Positions 20,820-31,475 of a stretch of DNA of 32,000 bases are shown piece after piece. Below the pieces are notes generated by a model. The model was not told the DNA's origin. It saw nothing but the letters and a program-made list of their open reading frames with translations, and ran no database searches. Where the stretch lies: assembly GCA_041941795.1 (NCBI GenBank), contig CP145872.1, positions 390,001 through 422,000 on the forward strand, read 5' to 3'. The position numbers and the translations under genes are program-made. This DNA is from Candidatus Saccharimonadota bacterium. Its GTDB lineage: Bacteria > Pseudomonadota > Gammaproteobacteria > Enterobacterales > Enterobacteriaceae. The number at the start of each line of letters is the position of its first letter. Positions within the stretch are counted from its first letter, which is position 1.

Positions 20820-22265
20820 CTAATTCAATTTTCCAGACGAAGTAGAATTAATTAAGTCGGTTATTCTTCCTAAAAAGAGTTCTGCTGCCATTCCAAGAGA
20901 TTCTGAAAAAGTTGGATGTGCATGCACAGTAAGAGCGAGATCTTCAATATCACACCCCATTTCTATTGCAACTCCTAATTCACCTAATAGTTCACTCGCA
21001 TTATATCCTACAATAGCACCACCAATGATACTATGATTGTCTTTATTAACAATAATTTTAGTGATTCCATGTGCACAATCACACGCTAAAGCACGTCCTA
21101 ATACATTCCAAGGAAATAACGCACATGCATAATTGAGACCTTGGGCTCGAGCTTCATTCTCTGTTAAGCCTATCCAAGCTATTTCAGGATCAGTATAAGC
21201 TACACAAGGTATAACTTTGGGAGCAAAATAATAGTTTTTACCAAAAATTACTTCTGCAGCTATATGTCCTTCATGAATGCCTTTATGAGCTAACATAGGA
21301 GGTCCTATAATATCACCTACTGCATAAATATGTGGTTGAGACGTCCGCATTTGTTTATCAACAATAATAAATCCTTGTGGATCGCGTTCTATTCCAGCAA
21401 TATCTGCATTAATAAAGTGACTATTGGGAGTTCTCCCAATAGCTACTAATACAGCATCATAACATGAGGGTTCTAATATTAAATTTTTCTGTTTCAAAGT
21501 TACATAAATACCTTCTCTTTGGCATACTACTTTTTCTACTTGAGTTTGCAAGTGAATTTGAAATAAGTTTCTAACTTGTTGAGAATAAAATTCTATTATA
21601 TTCTTATCAACGCCGGGAATAAGCTGATCTTGAAGTTCTACTATTTCCACTCTAGATCCTAGGGACTGATAAATAGTGGCTATTTCTAAACCAATAATAC
21701 CTCCTCCTATAATTAGGAGTTTGGATGGAGGAACCAAAGAGCGCAAGGATAAAGCATCAGTAGAATTCCAGATACGTTGATCTTGAGAAGGAAAAAGAGA
21801 TATATTTTTTGACTTAGATCCTGTAGCTATAATTGCATTATCAAATTTAACACAAGTATTACTAGAATCTTGGTAATTATTTACTGTTATTGTATGTTTA
21901 TCAAGAAACTTTCCATATCCATAAATAACTTTAATGTTTCTCATTTTGGCTAGCACATCTAAGCCTTTATTTAATTTATTGACTACTTTTTCTTTACCCG
22001 AACGAATTTCTTGTATATTGATTGGCGGTACTTCTAGAATAATACGTTTTAGAGCCATATTTTTAGCTTTTTTAATAAATTTAGATATATCAAGTAAATT
22101 TTTTGAAGGGATACATCCGACATTCAGACAAACACCACCTAGATTAGGATAACGTTCTACCAACGTAGTCTGGAGTCCTAGATCTGCACAGCGAAATGCA
22201 GCGGAATAACCCGCGGGTCCTGATCCAATAACTATTACTTGACTTTTGATATTTTCTATACCCAT
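20820..22265 (-). CDS. lpdA: Dihydrolipoyl dehydrogenase (E3 component)
   Basis: 481 aa. VIVIGSGPAGYSAAFRCADLGLQTTLVERYPNLGGVCLNVGCIPSK (FAD fold plus redox-active CxxxxC) and the C-terminal HAHPTFSE motif are colinear with E. coli Lpd. Confidence 0.96.
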   Translation of the reverse strand: MGIENIKSQVIVIGSGPAGYSAAFRCADLGLQTTLVERYPNLGGVCLNVGCIPSKNLLDISKFIKKAKNMALKRIILEVPPINIQEIRSGKEKVVNKLNKGLDVLAKMRNIKVIYGYGKFLDKHTITVNNYQDSSNTCVKFDNAIIATGSKSKNISLFPSQDQRIWNSTDALSLRSLVPPSKLLIIGGGIIGLEIATIYQSLGSRVEIVELQDQLIPGVDKNIIEFYSQQVRNLFQIHLQTQVEKVVCQREGIYVTLKQKNLILEPSCYDAVLVAIGRTPNSHFINADIAGIERDPQGFIIVDKQMRTSQPHIYAVGDIIGPPMLAHKGIHEGHIAAEVIFGKNYYFAPKVIPCVAYTDPEIAWIGLTENEARAQGLNYACALFPWNVLGRALACDCAHGITKIIVNKDNHSIIGGAIVGYNASELLGELGVAIEMGCDIEDLALTVHAHPTFSESLGMAAELFLGRITDLINSTSSGKLN

Positions 22266-22360
22266 AGAAATAGTATCCTATTAACTAATATCATTTTTAT
22301 AAATGGTTCCTAATTAGGATATAGTAATTTACTAATTAGATATTAAAATGATACAAATAT

Positions 22361-22389
22361 TTGACCTCAATTCTTCTTAAATTTTTAAT
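22361..22389 (+). promoter_or_regulatory. Candidate sigma-70 promoter for crp
   Basis: TTGACC (22361-22366), a 17-nt spacer, then TTTAAT (22384-22389), ~135 nt upstream of the crp ATG. E. coli crp also has a long leader. Confidence is low because such matches are common in AT-rich spacers. Confidence 0.3.
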
Positions 22390-22522
22390 CCTTTTTCTAG
22401 ATCTATGCATGGCTGCTTCTCTCAGCTTAGATTAGATAATTATCACTTAAATAAGCTTTCTTTGAGTTTAATAAGCCAGTATATAATTTGTATTCTTGAA
22501 AAATTCAATATAGGTTAACATA

Positions 22523-23170
22523 ATGGCAGTAAATAAACAATATCAATTTCAAACCATGGACTGGTTTTTAGCTCATTGTTATATCCATAAATATCCTATT
22601 AAAAGTAATTTACTCTCTCCTGAAAAAACCTCAGAAAAAAAAATTCTCTACTTAATAAAAGGTATTGTAGTTATAGTGATTAAAGATAATGGTCAAGAAA
22701 AAGATATAATCTTATCATCCCTTAATAAAGGTTCTTTTATTGGTCAGCTAGAATTTTTTAATGAGTATATGAATTACCATAATACCACATGGGTACGAGC
22801 TCAAACCTCTTGTGAAATTGCTGAAATTCCTTATAATAGATTTATAGATTTAATCCACGTAAAACCAGAAATTATTAAATCTTTATTGTCCCAAGTTTCT
22901 CATTGTTTACAAATTACTTATAATAAACTTTATAATTTAGCTTTTTTAGATGTTACCGCACGCATATCACAAACTTTGCTAAAGTTAGCTAAACAACCTG
23001 ATGCTATTACTCATCCTTATGGAATAAAAATTAAAATTACTAGACAAGAAATTAGTCAATTGGTAGGCTGTTCCCGAGAAACAGTAGGGAGAATATTTCA
23101 AATATTGCAAAATCAACATCTAATTTTTTCACGTGGAAAAGAAATAGTGATTTATGGATATAATCATTAA
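22523..23170 (+). CDS. crp: CRP-family transcriptional regulator (cAMP receptor protein ortholog, atypical ligand pocket)
   Basis: 215 aa, colinear with E. coli CRP: WFLAHCYIHKYP, NLAFLDVTARISQTLLKLAKQPDAITHP, and the HTH KITRQEISQLVGCSRETVGRI, which is almost identical. See the findings for the substituted cAMP-contact residues. Confidence 0.93.
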   Translation: MAVNKQYQFQTMDWFLAHCYIHKYPIKSNLLSPEKTSEKKILYLIKGIVVIVIKDNGQEKDIILSSLNKGSFIGQLEFFNEYMNYHNTTWVRAQTSCEIAEIPYNRFIDLIHVKPEIIKSLLSQVSHCLQITYNKLYNLAFLDVTARISQTLLKLAKQPDAITHPYGIKIKITRQEISQLVGCSRETVGRIFQILQNQHLIFSRGKEIVIYGYNH

Positions 23171-23173
23171 TAA

Positions 23174-23270
23174 ATATTAATTATATTGTTATTATGCATT
23201 TTAATGCAATTTACATTATTATGTTTTATAACGTTTATAATGAGAGTTATTGTAACAATATAATTAATAT
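23174..23270. repeat. 18-bp perfect inverted repeat pair flanking a 61-bp spacer that contains a nested hairpin
   Basis: atattaattatattgtta (23174-23191) is the exact reverse complement of taacaatataattaatat (23253-23270). Inside the spacer, tgcatt-tt-aatgca (23195-23208) is a perfect 6-bp hairpin. The element starts 4 nt after the crp stop codon. Confidence 0.8.
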
Positions 23271-23473
23271 ATTATAATGTTAGCATTTTTACTAATTAAA
23301 ATACTCTTTTTAAGAGAAGAAGAGCTTTTAAAAAAAAATTTAAATTACATATATAGATATAATACTTGGACAGGTTATTCTTAACTATTATTTAAAATGT
23401 AAATTTTAAAAGAATTTCTTTTAATTTTTAAACAAAATATTAAAGAACAAGAAGTAATAACTATCTATATTTC

Positions 23474-23502
23474 TTGACACTAAGAGATGGCAGCACTACA
23501 AT
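23474..23502 (+). promoter_or_regulatory. Sigma-70 promoter of the str operon (rpsL-rpsG-fusA-tuf)
   Basis: Consensus TTGACA (23474-23479), exactly a 17-nt spacer, then TACAAT (23497-23502). It lies ~50 nt upstream of the rpsL ATG. Confidence 0.7.
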
Positions 23503-23550
23503 CTATTTTCTTCTTTTTAATTTTGATTACAGGATCTCAATTTTTATTAC

Positions 23551-23925
23551 ATGACTACTATTAATCAGTTGGTGCGAAAAGCACGCAAAAACAAAATTAC
23601 TAAAAGTAATGTACCGGCACTGGAAGCATGTCCTCAAAAGCGTGGAGTATGTACTAGAGTTTACACTACTACTCCTAAAAAACCTAATTCTGCTCTCCGT
23701 AAGGTATGTCGAGTACGTTTAACTAATGGTTTTGAAGTAACTGCATATATTGGAGGAGAAGGACACAATCTACAAGAACATTCTGTCGTACTGATTCGGG
23801 GAGGGCGTGTCAAAGATTTACCGGGAGTGCGATATCATACGGTCAGAGGCGCTTTAGACTGTTCCGGGGTAAAAGATCGCAAACGATCACGTTCTAAATA
23901 TGGAGTAAAAAAACAGAAAAATTAA
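23551..23925 (+). CDS. rpsL: 30S ribosomal protein S12
   Basis: 124 aa. [15 protein letters not shown]...[55 protein letters not shown] is near-identical to E. coli S12. Confidence 0.99.
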   Translation: MTTINQLVRKARKNKITKSNVPALEACPQKRGVCTRVYTTTPKKPNSALRKVCRVRLTNGFEVTAYIGGEGHNLQEHSVVLIRGGRVKDLPGVRYHTVRGALDCSGVKDRKRSRSKYGVKKQKN

Positions 23926-23976
23926 CACTATTAGTTCAATATTACTGACTTAACAAAAATTTTACGGAGTTTGATC

Positions 23977-24447
23977 ATGCCGCGTCGTCGAATAATAGGA
24001 CATCGTAATATTATTTCAGATGCTAAGTTTAAATCGGAAGTAGTAGCGAAATTTATAAATATAATAATGAAAAATGGAAAAAAATCAATAGCTGAAAAGA
24101 TAGTGTATTCAGCTTTAGATAATTTAGTTCAAAGGTGTGGCAGAACACCTTTAGAAGCCTTTGAAAATGCATTAAATAATGTACGACCTTCGCTTGAAGT
24201 AAAATCTCGTAGGGTAGGTGGTTCCACATATCAGGTGCCAGTAGAAGTACGAATGTCCCGCCGTAATACTTTAGGGATGCGGTGGATAGTAGAAGCAGCT
24301 CGAAAGAGAAGAGATAAATCAATGTCTTTACGTATTTTCAATGAACTTTATGATGCTCTTGAAAATAAAGGATACGCAGTGAGAAAACGTGAAGAAGTAC
24401 ATAAGATGGCAGAAGCTAATAAAGCTTTTATTCATTATCGTTGGTAA
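23977..24447 (+). CDS. rpsG: 30S ribosomal protein S7
   Basis: [12 protein letters not shown]...[17 protein letters not shown]...[11 protein letters not shown]. The tracked ORF starts at a TTG (23971), but the ATG at 23977 matches the conserved MPRRR N-terminus and gives 156 aa. Confidence 0.98.
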   Translation: MPRRRIIGHRNIISDAKFKSEVVAKFINIIMKNGKKSIAEKIVYSALDNLVQRCGRTPLEAFENALNNVRPSLEVKSRRVGGSTYQVPVEVRMSRRNTLGMRWIVEAARKRRDKSMSLRIFNELYDALENKGYAVRKREEVHKMAEANKAFIHYRW

Positions 24448-24541
24448 GAGAAATAATTTCTCTAAAATATTTTATTATTTTCCGGAAAAAAGAAATCTCA
24501 ATAAATGAAATATTAAAAATTAAAATTATTAGAGAGGATAA

Positions 24542-26638
24542 ATGGCAAGAACTACTCCTATCAACCACTATCGCAATATAGGGATAAGTGCACATATAGA
24601 TGCGGGTAAAACTACTACTACCGAACGAATCTTATTTTATACCGGTATTAATCATAAAATGGGAGAAGTTCATGATGGTGCTGCTACTATGGATTGGATG
24701 GAACAAGAACAAGAACGTGGCATTACTATTACTTCGGCAGCTACTACTACTTTTTGGTCGGGGATGGCAAAACAATTTTCACCGCATCGTATTAATATTA
24801 TAGACACTCCAGGTCATGTAGATTTTACAGTAGAAGTAGAACGTTCTATGAGAGTGCTAGATGGAGTAGTCATGATTTATTGTGCCGTAGGAGGAGTTCA
24901 ACCTCAATCCGAAACTGTGTGGCGTCAAGCTAATAAATATAATATACCCAGAATTGCTTTTATTAATAAAATGGATCGCCTGGGAGCCAATTTTTTAAAA
25001 GTTTTAAATCAATTAAAAACCAAATTAGCCGCTAATCCAGTGCCTATTCAATTAGCAATAGGTAAAGAAGATCAATTTACGGGTGTAATAGATTTAATAA
25101 AAATGAAGGCTATCAAGTGGAATAAAGATGATCAGGGATTAACATTTATCTATAAAGATATTCCTAGAGAAATGAAAAGTAGAGCGGAGCACTGGCATCT
25201 CCATTTAGTAGAAGCTGCAGTAGAAAATTCGGAAGAATTAATGAACAAATATTTAAATGGCGAGGAAATCACTGAAAATCAGATAAAAATGGCATTACGA
25301 CAACGAGTTTTAAAAAATGAGATCCTATTAGTGACTTGTGGATCAGCCTTTAAGAATAAAGGAGTGCAAACTATGTTAGATGCGATTATTGATTTTTTAC
25401 CAGCTCCCATTGATAAACCTGCCATTTCCGGAATTTTACCTACTCAAAAAAATACATTACGTAATTCTCAAGATCAAGAAACTTTTTCGGCGCTAGCATT
25501 TAAAATTGCAAATGATCCCTTTGTAGGAAATTTAACTTTTTTTAGAGTATATTCAGGAATGATTACTACTGGAGATGTAGTATATAATTCTACCAAAAAT
25601 CAAAAAGAACGTTTGGGTCGTTTAGTACAAATGCATGCTAATAAGAGAGAAGAAATTAAAGAAGTACGTGCTGGTGATATAGCAGCAGCTATTGGGTTAA
25701 AACATGTTACTACAGGAGATACTTTATGTCATCCTAATTACCCGATTATTCTAGAAAAAATAGATTTTCCAGAACCAGTTATTTCGGTAGCAGTAGAACC
25801 TAAATCTAAGTTAGATCAGGAAAAAATGAGTTTAGCTCTCAATAAGTTAGCTAAAGAAGATCCTTCTTTTCATGTCTGGATTGATGAGGAATCAGGCCAA
25901 ACAATTATAGCCGGAATGGGAGAATTACATTTAGAAATTTTAGTAGATAGAATGTATCGAGAATTTAATATTCAAGCTAATATTGGTAAACCGCAGGTTG
26001 CTTACCGAGAAACTATTCGAGATACTATAGTACAAGAAGGTAAATATATAAGACAATCTGGGGGAAGAGGACAATATGGACATGTATTATTAAAACTTGA
26101 ACCTTTCAAATCAGAATCCGGATATGAATTTGTGAGTGCTATTGTAGGAGGAGTGATTCCTAAAGAGTATATTCCCGCTGTCAATAAAGGAATTCAAGAA
26201 CAAGTAAAAACGGGAGTTATTGCCGGTTATCCAGTTATTGATGTGAAAGTTACTCTTATGGATGGTTCTTATCATGAAGTTGATTCTTCAGAAATGGCAT
26301 TTAAAATTGCTGCTTCACTAGCTTTTAAGGAAGCATTTCGGAAAGCCCACCCTATAGTTCTGGAACCCATAATGAAAGTAGAAATAGAGATGCCAAAAGA
26401 ATATATGGGTGAAGTTATTGGTGATTTAAATCGACGTCGTGGTCTTATTGAAAATATGGAAGAAACTTTTTCTCTTCATATTATTCGATCTCAGGTACCT
26501 TTATCGGAAATGTTTGGATATGCAACAGATCTTCGCTCTCAAACTCAAGGACGAGCTTCATACTCTATGCAATTTTTTAAGTATAAAGAAGCTCCAGATC
26601 ATATTACAAAAAATATTATCGAATTACGTAGTAAGTAA
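24542..26638 (+). CDS. fusA: Elongation factor G
   Basis: 698 aa with G-domain motifs [20 protein letters not shown] and NKMD. Colinear with E. coli EF-G, in str operon context. Confidence 0.99.
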   Translation: MARTTPINHYRNIGISAHIDAGKTTTTERILFYTGINHKMGEVHDGAATMDWMEQEQERGITITSAATTTFWSGMAKQFSPHRINIIDTPGHVDFTVEVERSMRVLDGVVMIYCAVGGVQPQSETVWRQANKYNIPRIAFINKMDRLGANFLKVLNQLKTKLAANPVPIQLAIGKEDQFTGVIDLIKMKAIKWNKDDQGLTFIYKDIPREMKSRAEHWHLHLVEAAVENSEELMNKYLNGEEITENQIKMALRQRVLKNEILLVTCGSAFKNKGVQTMLDAIIDFLPAPIDKPAISGILPTQKNTLRNSQDQETFSALAFKIANDPFVGNLTFFRVYSGMITTGDVVYNSTKNQKERLGRLVQMHANKREEIKEVRAGDIAAAIGLKHVTTGDTLCHPNYPIILEKIDFPEPVISVAVEPKSKLDQEKMSLALNKLAKEDPSFHVWIDEESGQTIIAGMGELHLEILVDRMYREFNIQANIGKPQVAYRETIRDTIVQEGKYIRQSGGRGQYGHVLLKLEPFKSESGYEFVSAIVGGVIPKEYIPAVNKGIQEQVKTGVIAGYPVIDVKVTLMDGSYHEVDSSEMAFKIAASLAFKEAFRKAHPIVLEPIMKVEIEMPKEYMGEVIGDLNRRRGLIENMEETFSLHIIRSQVPLSEMFGYATDLRSQTQGRASYSMQFFKYKEAPDHITKNIIELRSK

Positions 26639-26699
26639 CGCATGTTAGGAAAACGTCTTCTTTTTTGTAAATAATCAAGTTTTATTAAGGAATTATTCA

Positions 26700-27884
26700 G
26701 TGTCTAAAGAAAAATTTAAACGTATTAAACCTCATATTAACGTTGGAACGATAGGTCATGTAGATCATGGAAAAACTACTCTCACTGCTGCTATAACCGC
26801 AGTATTATCTAAACATTTTGGGGGAGCTGCTTGTGCTTTTGATCAAATAGATAATGCTCCAGAAGAAAAAGCTCGGGGAATAACTATTAATACTTCTCAT
26901 GTCGAGTACGATACTCCTAAACGTCATTATGCACATGTAGATTGTCCTGGACATGCGGATTATGTTAAAAATATGATAACAGGAGCCGCTCAAATGGATG
27001 GAGCAATTCTAGTAGTATCAGCTACAGATGGACCTATGCCCCAAACGAGAGAACATATATTATTAGGTCGGCAAGTAGGAGTTCCTTATATCGTTGTTTT
27101 TCTTAATAAATGTGATATGGTTGATGATGAAGAACTTCTGGAATTAGTAGAAATGGAAGTTCGAGATCTACTTTCACAATATAATTTTCCAGGTGAAAGT
27201 ACTCCTATTATACGAGGATCAGCGCTAAAAGCCTTAGAAGGAGACCCGGTCTGGGAAAAACCCATTCTTAACTTAGCTACCTACTTAGATGAGTTTATAC
27301 CTGAACCCAAAAGAGCAATAGAACAACCGTTTCTTCTTCCTATAGAAGATGTATTTTCTATTTCTGGACGAGGAACAGTAGTAACTGGAAGAGTAGAAAG
27401 AGGAATAATTAAAGTTGGGGAAGAAGTAGAAATTATTGGTATCAAAAATACAGTAAAATCTACCTGCACTGGAGTAGAAATGTTTCGTAAATTATTAGAT
27501 GAAGGACGTGCAGGAGAAAATATAGGAGTGCTGTTACGAGGAATTAAGCGGGAAGATATTGAACGCGGGCAAGTATTGGCTAAACCTAGTTCCATTAAAC
27601 CACATTCTCACTTTGATTCTGAAGTATATATCCTGAATAAGGAAGAAGGAGGACGTCATACTCCCTTTTTTAAGGGTTATCGTCCTCAATTTTATTTTCG
27701 TACCACCGATGTAACAGGAACTATAGTTTTACCACCCGAAATAGAAATGGTTATGCCTGGAGATAATATCAAAATGAAAGTTAATCTTCTTTATCCTATT
27801 GCAATGGATGAAGGATTACGTTTTGCTATTCGAGAAGGTGGACGTACTGTAGGAGCTGGAGTAGTAACTAAAGTTTTAAATTAA
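26700..27884 (+). CDS. tuf: Elongation factor Tu
   Basis: 394 aa with a GTG start, as in E. coli tufA (GTG TCT AAA GAA AAA TTT). Motifs [17 protein letters not shown] and NKCD are present. Near-identical to E. coli EF-Tu. Confidence 0.99.
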   Translation: MSKEKFKRIKPHINVGTIGHVDHGKTTLTAAITAVLSKHFGGAACAFDQIDNAPEEKARGITINTSHVEYDTPKRHYAHVDCPGHADYVKNMITGAAQMDGAILVVSATDGPMPQTREHILLGRQVGVPYIVVFLNKCDMVDDEELLELVEMEVRDLLSQYNFPGESTPIIRGSALKALEGDPVWEKPILNLATYLDEFIPEPKRAIEQPFLLPIEDVFSISGRGTVVTGRVERGIIKVGEEVEIIGIKNTVKSTCTGVEMFRKLLDEGRAGENIGVLLRGIKREDIERGQVLAKPSSIKPHSHFDSEVYILNKEEGGRHTPFFKGYRPQFYFRTTDVTGTIVLPPEIEMVMPGDNIKMKVNLLYPIAMDEGLRFAIREGGRTVGAGVVTKVLN

Positions 27885-28041
27885 ATATCGAAAAAAATAA
27901 TAGGAAATTTTATTTCTGTTTATTATTATGTATAATTCTAAAATAATAGGAATAATTATTTCTTAAATTGTATGGTCTATTTAATTCACTATTTCTCTAC
28001 ACTATTTTATATAGTGACAATAGTTAACTAATAGGATGATT

Positions 28042-28353
28042 ATGCCTAATCAAAGAATAAGAATTCGTTTGAAAGCTTTTGATCATCGTCTTATTGATCA
28101 ATCTACATATGAAATTGTTGAGACTGCTAAACGAACGGGGGCAAAAGTACGTGGACCTCTTCCTCTGCCTACTCATAAAGAACGATTTACTGTTCTCATT
28201 TCACCTCATGTTAATAAAGACGCACGAGATCAATATGAAATACGAACTCATAAACGTTTAGTTGATATTATTGAACCGACAGACAAAACCGTAGATGCTT
28301 TAATGCGTCTAGATTTAGCATCCGGAGTCGAAGTACAAATTAGTTTAGGATAA
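28042..28353 (+). CDS. rpsJ: 30S ribosomal protein S10
   Basis: [20 protein letters not shown]...[15 protein letters not shown] is colinear with E. coli S10. The ATG at 28042 is preceded by AGGA at 28033-28036. The tracked start at 28036 is possible but would add two residues. Confidence 0.97.
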   Translation: MPNQRIRIRLKAFDHRLIDQSTYEIVETAKRTGAKVRGPLPLPTHKERFTVLISPHVNKDARDQYEIRTHKRLVDIIEPTDKTVDALMRLDLASGVEVQISLG

Positions 28354-28373
28354 TTATAATAACGAGGTTACTA

Positions 28374-29039
28374 ATGTTTGGATTAGTTGGAACAAAACTA
28401 GGAATGTCTACATTTTTTACTCCGGAAGGCAGATCTGTTCCAGTCACAGTTATTAAAGTGAATGTAAATTTTGTTACCCAAATAAAATCTTTTGATAAAG
28501 ATGGTTATCAAGCTGTTCAAGTTACTACGGGCAACCAAAAAATAAATAGAGTTTCTAAACCACACGCGGGACATTGTAACAAAGCCGGCGTTAAAATTGG
28601 ACGAGGATTTTGGGAGTTTTCCTTAGCCAGAGAAGAAAGTCATAATTTTGTGGTTGGTCAAGGTATTAATTTAAATATATTTAGAGATATTAAAAAAGTA
28701 GATATTACTGGCACATCAAAAGGTAAGGGTTTTGCTGGAACCGTTAAACGATGGAATTTTCATACCCAAGATGCTTCTCACGGTAATTCTTTATCTCATC
28801 GTGTACCGGGGTCTATTGGACAAAATCAAACCCCAGGAAGAGTATTTAAAGGAAAAAAAATGGCAGGAAGATTAGGCAATCAACGCGTAACTATCCAAGG
28901 ATTACGAGTCGTTCAAATTGATTCAGATAATGATTTTATCATGGTAAAAGGATCAGTACCAGGATTTACTGGTACTAATATTCTTATCAAACCAGCGGTC
29001 AAAGAATATCCTTTGAGGAGTAATTCTTTATGGAATTAA
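28374..29039 (+). CDS. rplC: 50S ribosomal protein L3
   Basis: [11 protein letters not shown]...[52 protein letters not shown] is colinear with E. coli L3. It has a ~12-aa C-terminal extension that overlaps the rplD start by 10 nt. Confidence 0.98.
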   Translation: MFGLVGTKLGMSTFFTPEGRSVPVTVIKVNVNFVTQIKSFDKDGYQAVQVTTGNQKINRVSKPHAGHCNKAGVKIGRGFWEFSLAREESHNFVVGQGINLNIFRDIKKVDITGTSKGKGFAGTVKRWNFHTQDASHGNSLSHRVPGSIGQNQTPGRVFKGKKMAGRLGNQRVTIQGLRVVQIDSDNDFIMVKGSVPGFTGTNILIKPAVKEYPLRSNSLWN

Positions 29040-29635
29040 CTGTCAAAGATGTTCCTATGTCTATAATTCTGTCCGATGTCCTCTTTAAATTTAAATTCAA
29101 TGAACCACTCATTCATCAAGTGATTGTATCTTATGCGGCTGCAGCACGACAAGGGACTAGAGCTCAAAAAAGTAGGGGCGAAGTTACAGGTTCTGGGAAG
29201 AAACCCTGGCGACAAAAAGGATCGGGTAAGGCACGAGCAGGATCATTGCAAAGTCCTATTTGGCGATCAGGAGGAGTAACATTTGCAGCTAAACCTCAAC
29301 AACATACTCAAAAAGTAAATAAAAAAATGTATCGAGGAGCTTTAAAAAGTATAATTTCGGAATTATTGCGTCAAAATAGAATTTTAGTATTTCAAAAATT
29401 TACTATTGAAGAACCCAAAACTAAAATTTTAGTCCAAAAATTAAAAGATCTAAATTTGAAAAAGCCACTAATTTACTTAACTAAAGTAGAAAATAATTTA
29501 ATACGGGCAGCCCGAAATCTACATGGAGTAGATGTACAAAATATTACGACTATTAATCCAATCAGTTTATTATCTTTTCATCATGTGATATTCACTGTCA
29601 ATGCAATTAAGCAATTAGAGGTCATGTTATCATGA
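29030..29635 (+). CDS. rplD: 50S ribosomal protein L4
   Basis: 201 aa. The sequence [33 protein letters not shown] matches L4, and the gene is in the S10 operon position. Confidence 0.98.
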   Translation: MELTVKDVPMSIILSDVLFKFKFNEPLIHQVIVSYAAAARQGTRAQKSRGEVTGSGKKPWRQKGSGKARAGSLQSPIWRSGGVTFAAKPQQHTQKVNKKMYRGALKSIISELLRQNRILVFQKFTIEEPKTKILVQKLKDLNLKKPLIYLTKVENNLIRAARNLHGVDVQNITTINPISLLSFHHVIFTVNAIKQLEVMLS

Positions 29636-29955
29636 ATGATGAAAGACTTATGGAAGTCTTATATTCCCCACATATTTCTGAAAAATCAACCCAATTTTTA
29701 GAACACAAAAATACTCTTGTAATTAAAGTGGCTAAGAATAGTAGCAAAGCCGTAATTAAAAGAGCTATCCAAAAATTTTACGGATTACAAGTAAAGAGTG
29801 TTAATATCGTAGTAGTGAAAAAAAGAATGCGCGCTTATGGTAAAAATCAGTCTCTAGGAAAATCGGGACGCTTATATACATGGCGAAAAGCATACATATC
29901 TTTAACAGATGGTTGTCAAGTTGATGAAATTATGAAAAGTATTAAGAATGATTAA
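29632..29955 (+). CDS. rplW: 50S ribosomal protein L23
   Basis: 107 aa. [16 protein letters not shown]...[22 protein letters not shown]...WRKAYISL matches L23. There is a 4-nt ATGA overlap with rplD. Confidence 0.96.
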   Translation: MNDERLMEVLYSPHISEKSTQFLEHKNTLVIKVAKNSSKAVIKRAIQKFYGLQVKSVNIVVVKKRMRAYGKNQSLGKSGRLYTWRKAYISLTDGCQVDEIMKSIKND

Positions 29956-29990
29956 ATCAATAAGAATTGGTAGATATATAAGGATTTAAA

Positions 29991-30812
29991 ATGGTTCTGG
30001 TTAAATGTAAACCTACTTCTCCGGGATGTCGTCATGTAGTAAAAGTAATCAATAAAAATTTATATAAAGGAAAACCTTTTTCTCCGTTATTAAAAAGTAA
30101 ATTCAAAAGTGGAGGAAGAAATAACCAGGGAAAAATTACTACTCGGCATATTGGAGGAGGACATAAAAAACAGTATCGAGTAATAGATTTTAAACGAAAT
30201 AAAGATAATATTGCTGCTTGCGTTGAACGGATCGAATACGATCCGAATAGATCGGCTAATATTGCTCTGATCTTATATCAGGATGGTGAAAGACGTTATA
30301 TTTTAGCTCCGAAAGATTTAAAAAAAGGAGATCAAATAGAATCAGGTAATAACATTGCCATAAAGATTGGTAATAGTTTACCTCTGATTAATTTACCAGT
30401 AGGAACTTTGATCCATAATGTAGAAATTAAACCCGGAAAAGGAGGACAGATAGCACGTTCTGCAGGTTCATATGCTCAAATTATTGCTCGTGAAGGATCT
30501 TATGTTACTATTCGATTACGTTCGGGTGAAATACGTATGATCGCGGCTCGTTGTAGAGCTACATTAGGAGAACTTGGTAATAATGAACATATGTTACGGG
30601 TTCTAGGAAAAGCTGGGGCTCAAAGATGGCGAGGAATTCGTCCTACTGTTAGAGGTACTGCTATGAATCCTGTTGATCATCCTCATGGAGGAGGCGAAGG
30701 GAGAAATTTTGGGAAACATCCTGTTTCTCCTTGGGGAGTCCCTACTAAGGGAAAAAAAACTCGTAATAATAAACGTACTGATAAATTTATTCTTCATCAC
30801 CGGAAAAAATAA
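29991..30812 (+). CDS. rplB: 50S ribosomal protein L2
   Basis: 273 aa. [28 protein letters not shown] and [18 protein letters not shown] are diagnostic for L2. Confidence 0.99.
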   Translation: MVLVKCKPTSPGCRHVVKVINKNLYKGKPFSPLLKSKFKSGGRNNQGKITTRHIGGGHKKQYRVIDFKRNKDNIAACVERIEYDPNRSANIALILYQDGERRYILAPKDLKKGDQIESGNNIAIKIGNSLPLINLPVGTLIHNVEIKPGKGGQIARSAGSYAQIIAREGSYVTIRLRSGEIRMIAARCRATLGELGNNEHMLRVLGKAGAQRWRGIRPTVRGTAMNPVDHPHGGGEGRNFGKHPVSPWGVPTKGKKTRNNKRTDKFILHHRKK

Positions 30813-30839
30813 TTCATTCTTTTATGTAGGATAATTAAA

Positions 30840-31118
30840 ATGCCTCGTTCTATTAAAAAAGGACCTTTTATAGATTTACACTTGTTAAAAAAAATAGAAA
30901 AATCAGTACAGAACAGAGATAAAAAACCTATTCGAACCTGGTCACGACGATCTACTATATTTCCTAATATGATTGGTTTGACTATTGCTATTCATAACGG
31001 ACGTCAACATATTCCTGTTTTTATTACTGAAGAAATGGTAGGACATAAATTAGGAGAATTTTCTCCTACTCGTACTTATCGAGGACATATACCAGATAGG
31101 AAAGTTAAAAAACGCTAA
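30840..31118 (+). CDS. rpsS: 30S ribosomal protein S19
   Basis: 92 aa. [18 protein letters not shown]...[32 protein letters not shown] matches S19. Confidence 0.99.
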   Translation: MPRSIKKGPFIDLHLLKKIEKSVQNRDKKPIRTWSRRSTIFPNMIGLTIAIHNGRQHIPVFITEEMVGHKLGEFSPTRTYRGHIPDRKVKKR

Positions 31119-31127
31119 GGAGTAAGA

Positions 31128-31460
31128 ATGCAAAATATTGCAAAATATCGCAATGCTAAATGTTCTGCACAAAAAATGCGCATAGTTGCGAATCTGGTAC
31201 GCGGAAAAGCAGTATCCGAGGCATTAAAAATGCTCAATTTTAATAAAAAAAAATCATCGGATATTATTAAAAAAGTGTTAGCATCAGCTATTGCTAATGC
31301 AAAAAATCAGAATGATATTAACATGAATTGTTTAAAAATTACACAAATTATGATAGATAAAGGTTTAACGATTAAGCGTTTTATGCCAAGAGCTAAAGGA
31401 CGAGCCGATCAGATTTTAAAACGCACTAGTAATATTACAATCATTGTATCAGATAATTAA
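31128..31460 (+). CDS. rplV: 50S ribosomal protein L22
   Basis: 110 aa. SAQKMRIVANLVRGKAVSEALKMLNF...MPRAKGRADQILKRTSNITIIVSD matches L22. Confidence 0.98.
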   Translation: MQNIAKYRNAKCSAQKMRIVANLVRGKAVSEALKMLNFNKKKSSDIIKKVLASAIANAKNQNDINMNCLKITQIMIDKGLTIKRFMPRAKGRADQILKRTSNITIIVSDN

Positions 31461-31475
31461 GATCTGGAGATCGAT

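Noticed and set aside
28000-28016. The small hairpin cactat-tttat-atagtg ~25 nt upstream of rpsJ, a possible remnant of the L4-responsive S10 leader structure.
   Set aside because: The stem is only 6 bp and mostly A/T, and I could not align the 150-nt tuf-rpsJ spacer with the E. coli S10 leader by eye. It needs covariance-model or comparative support.
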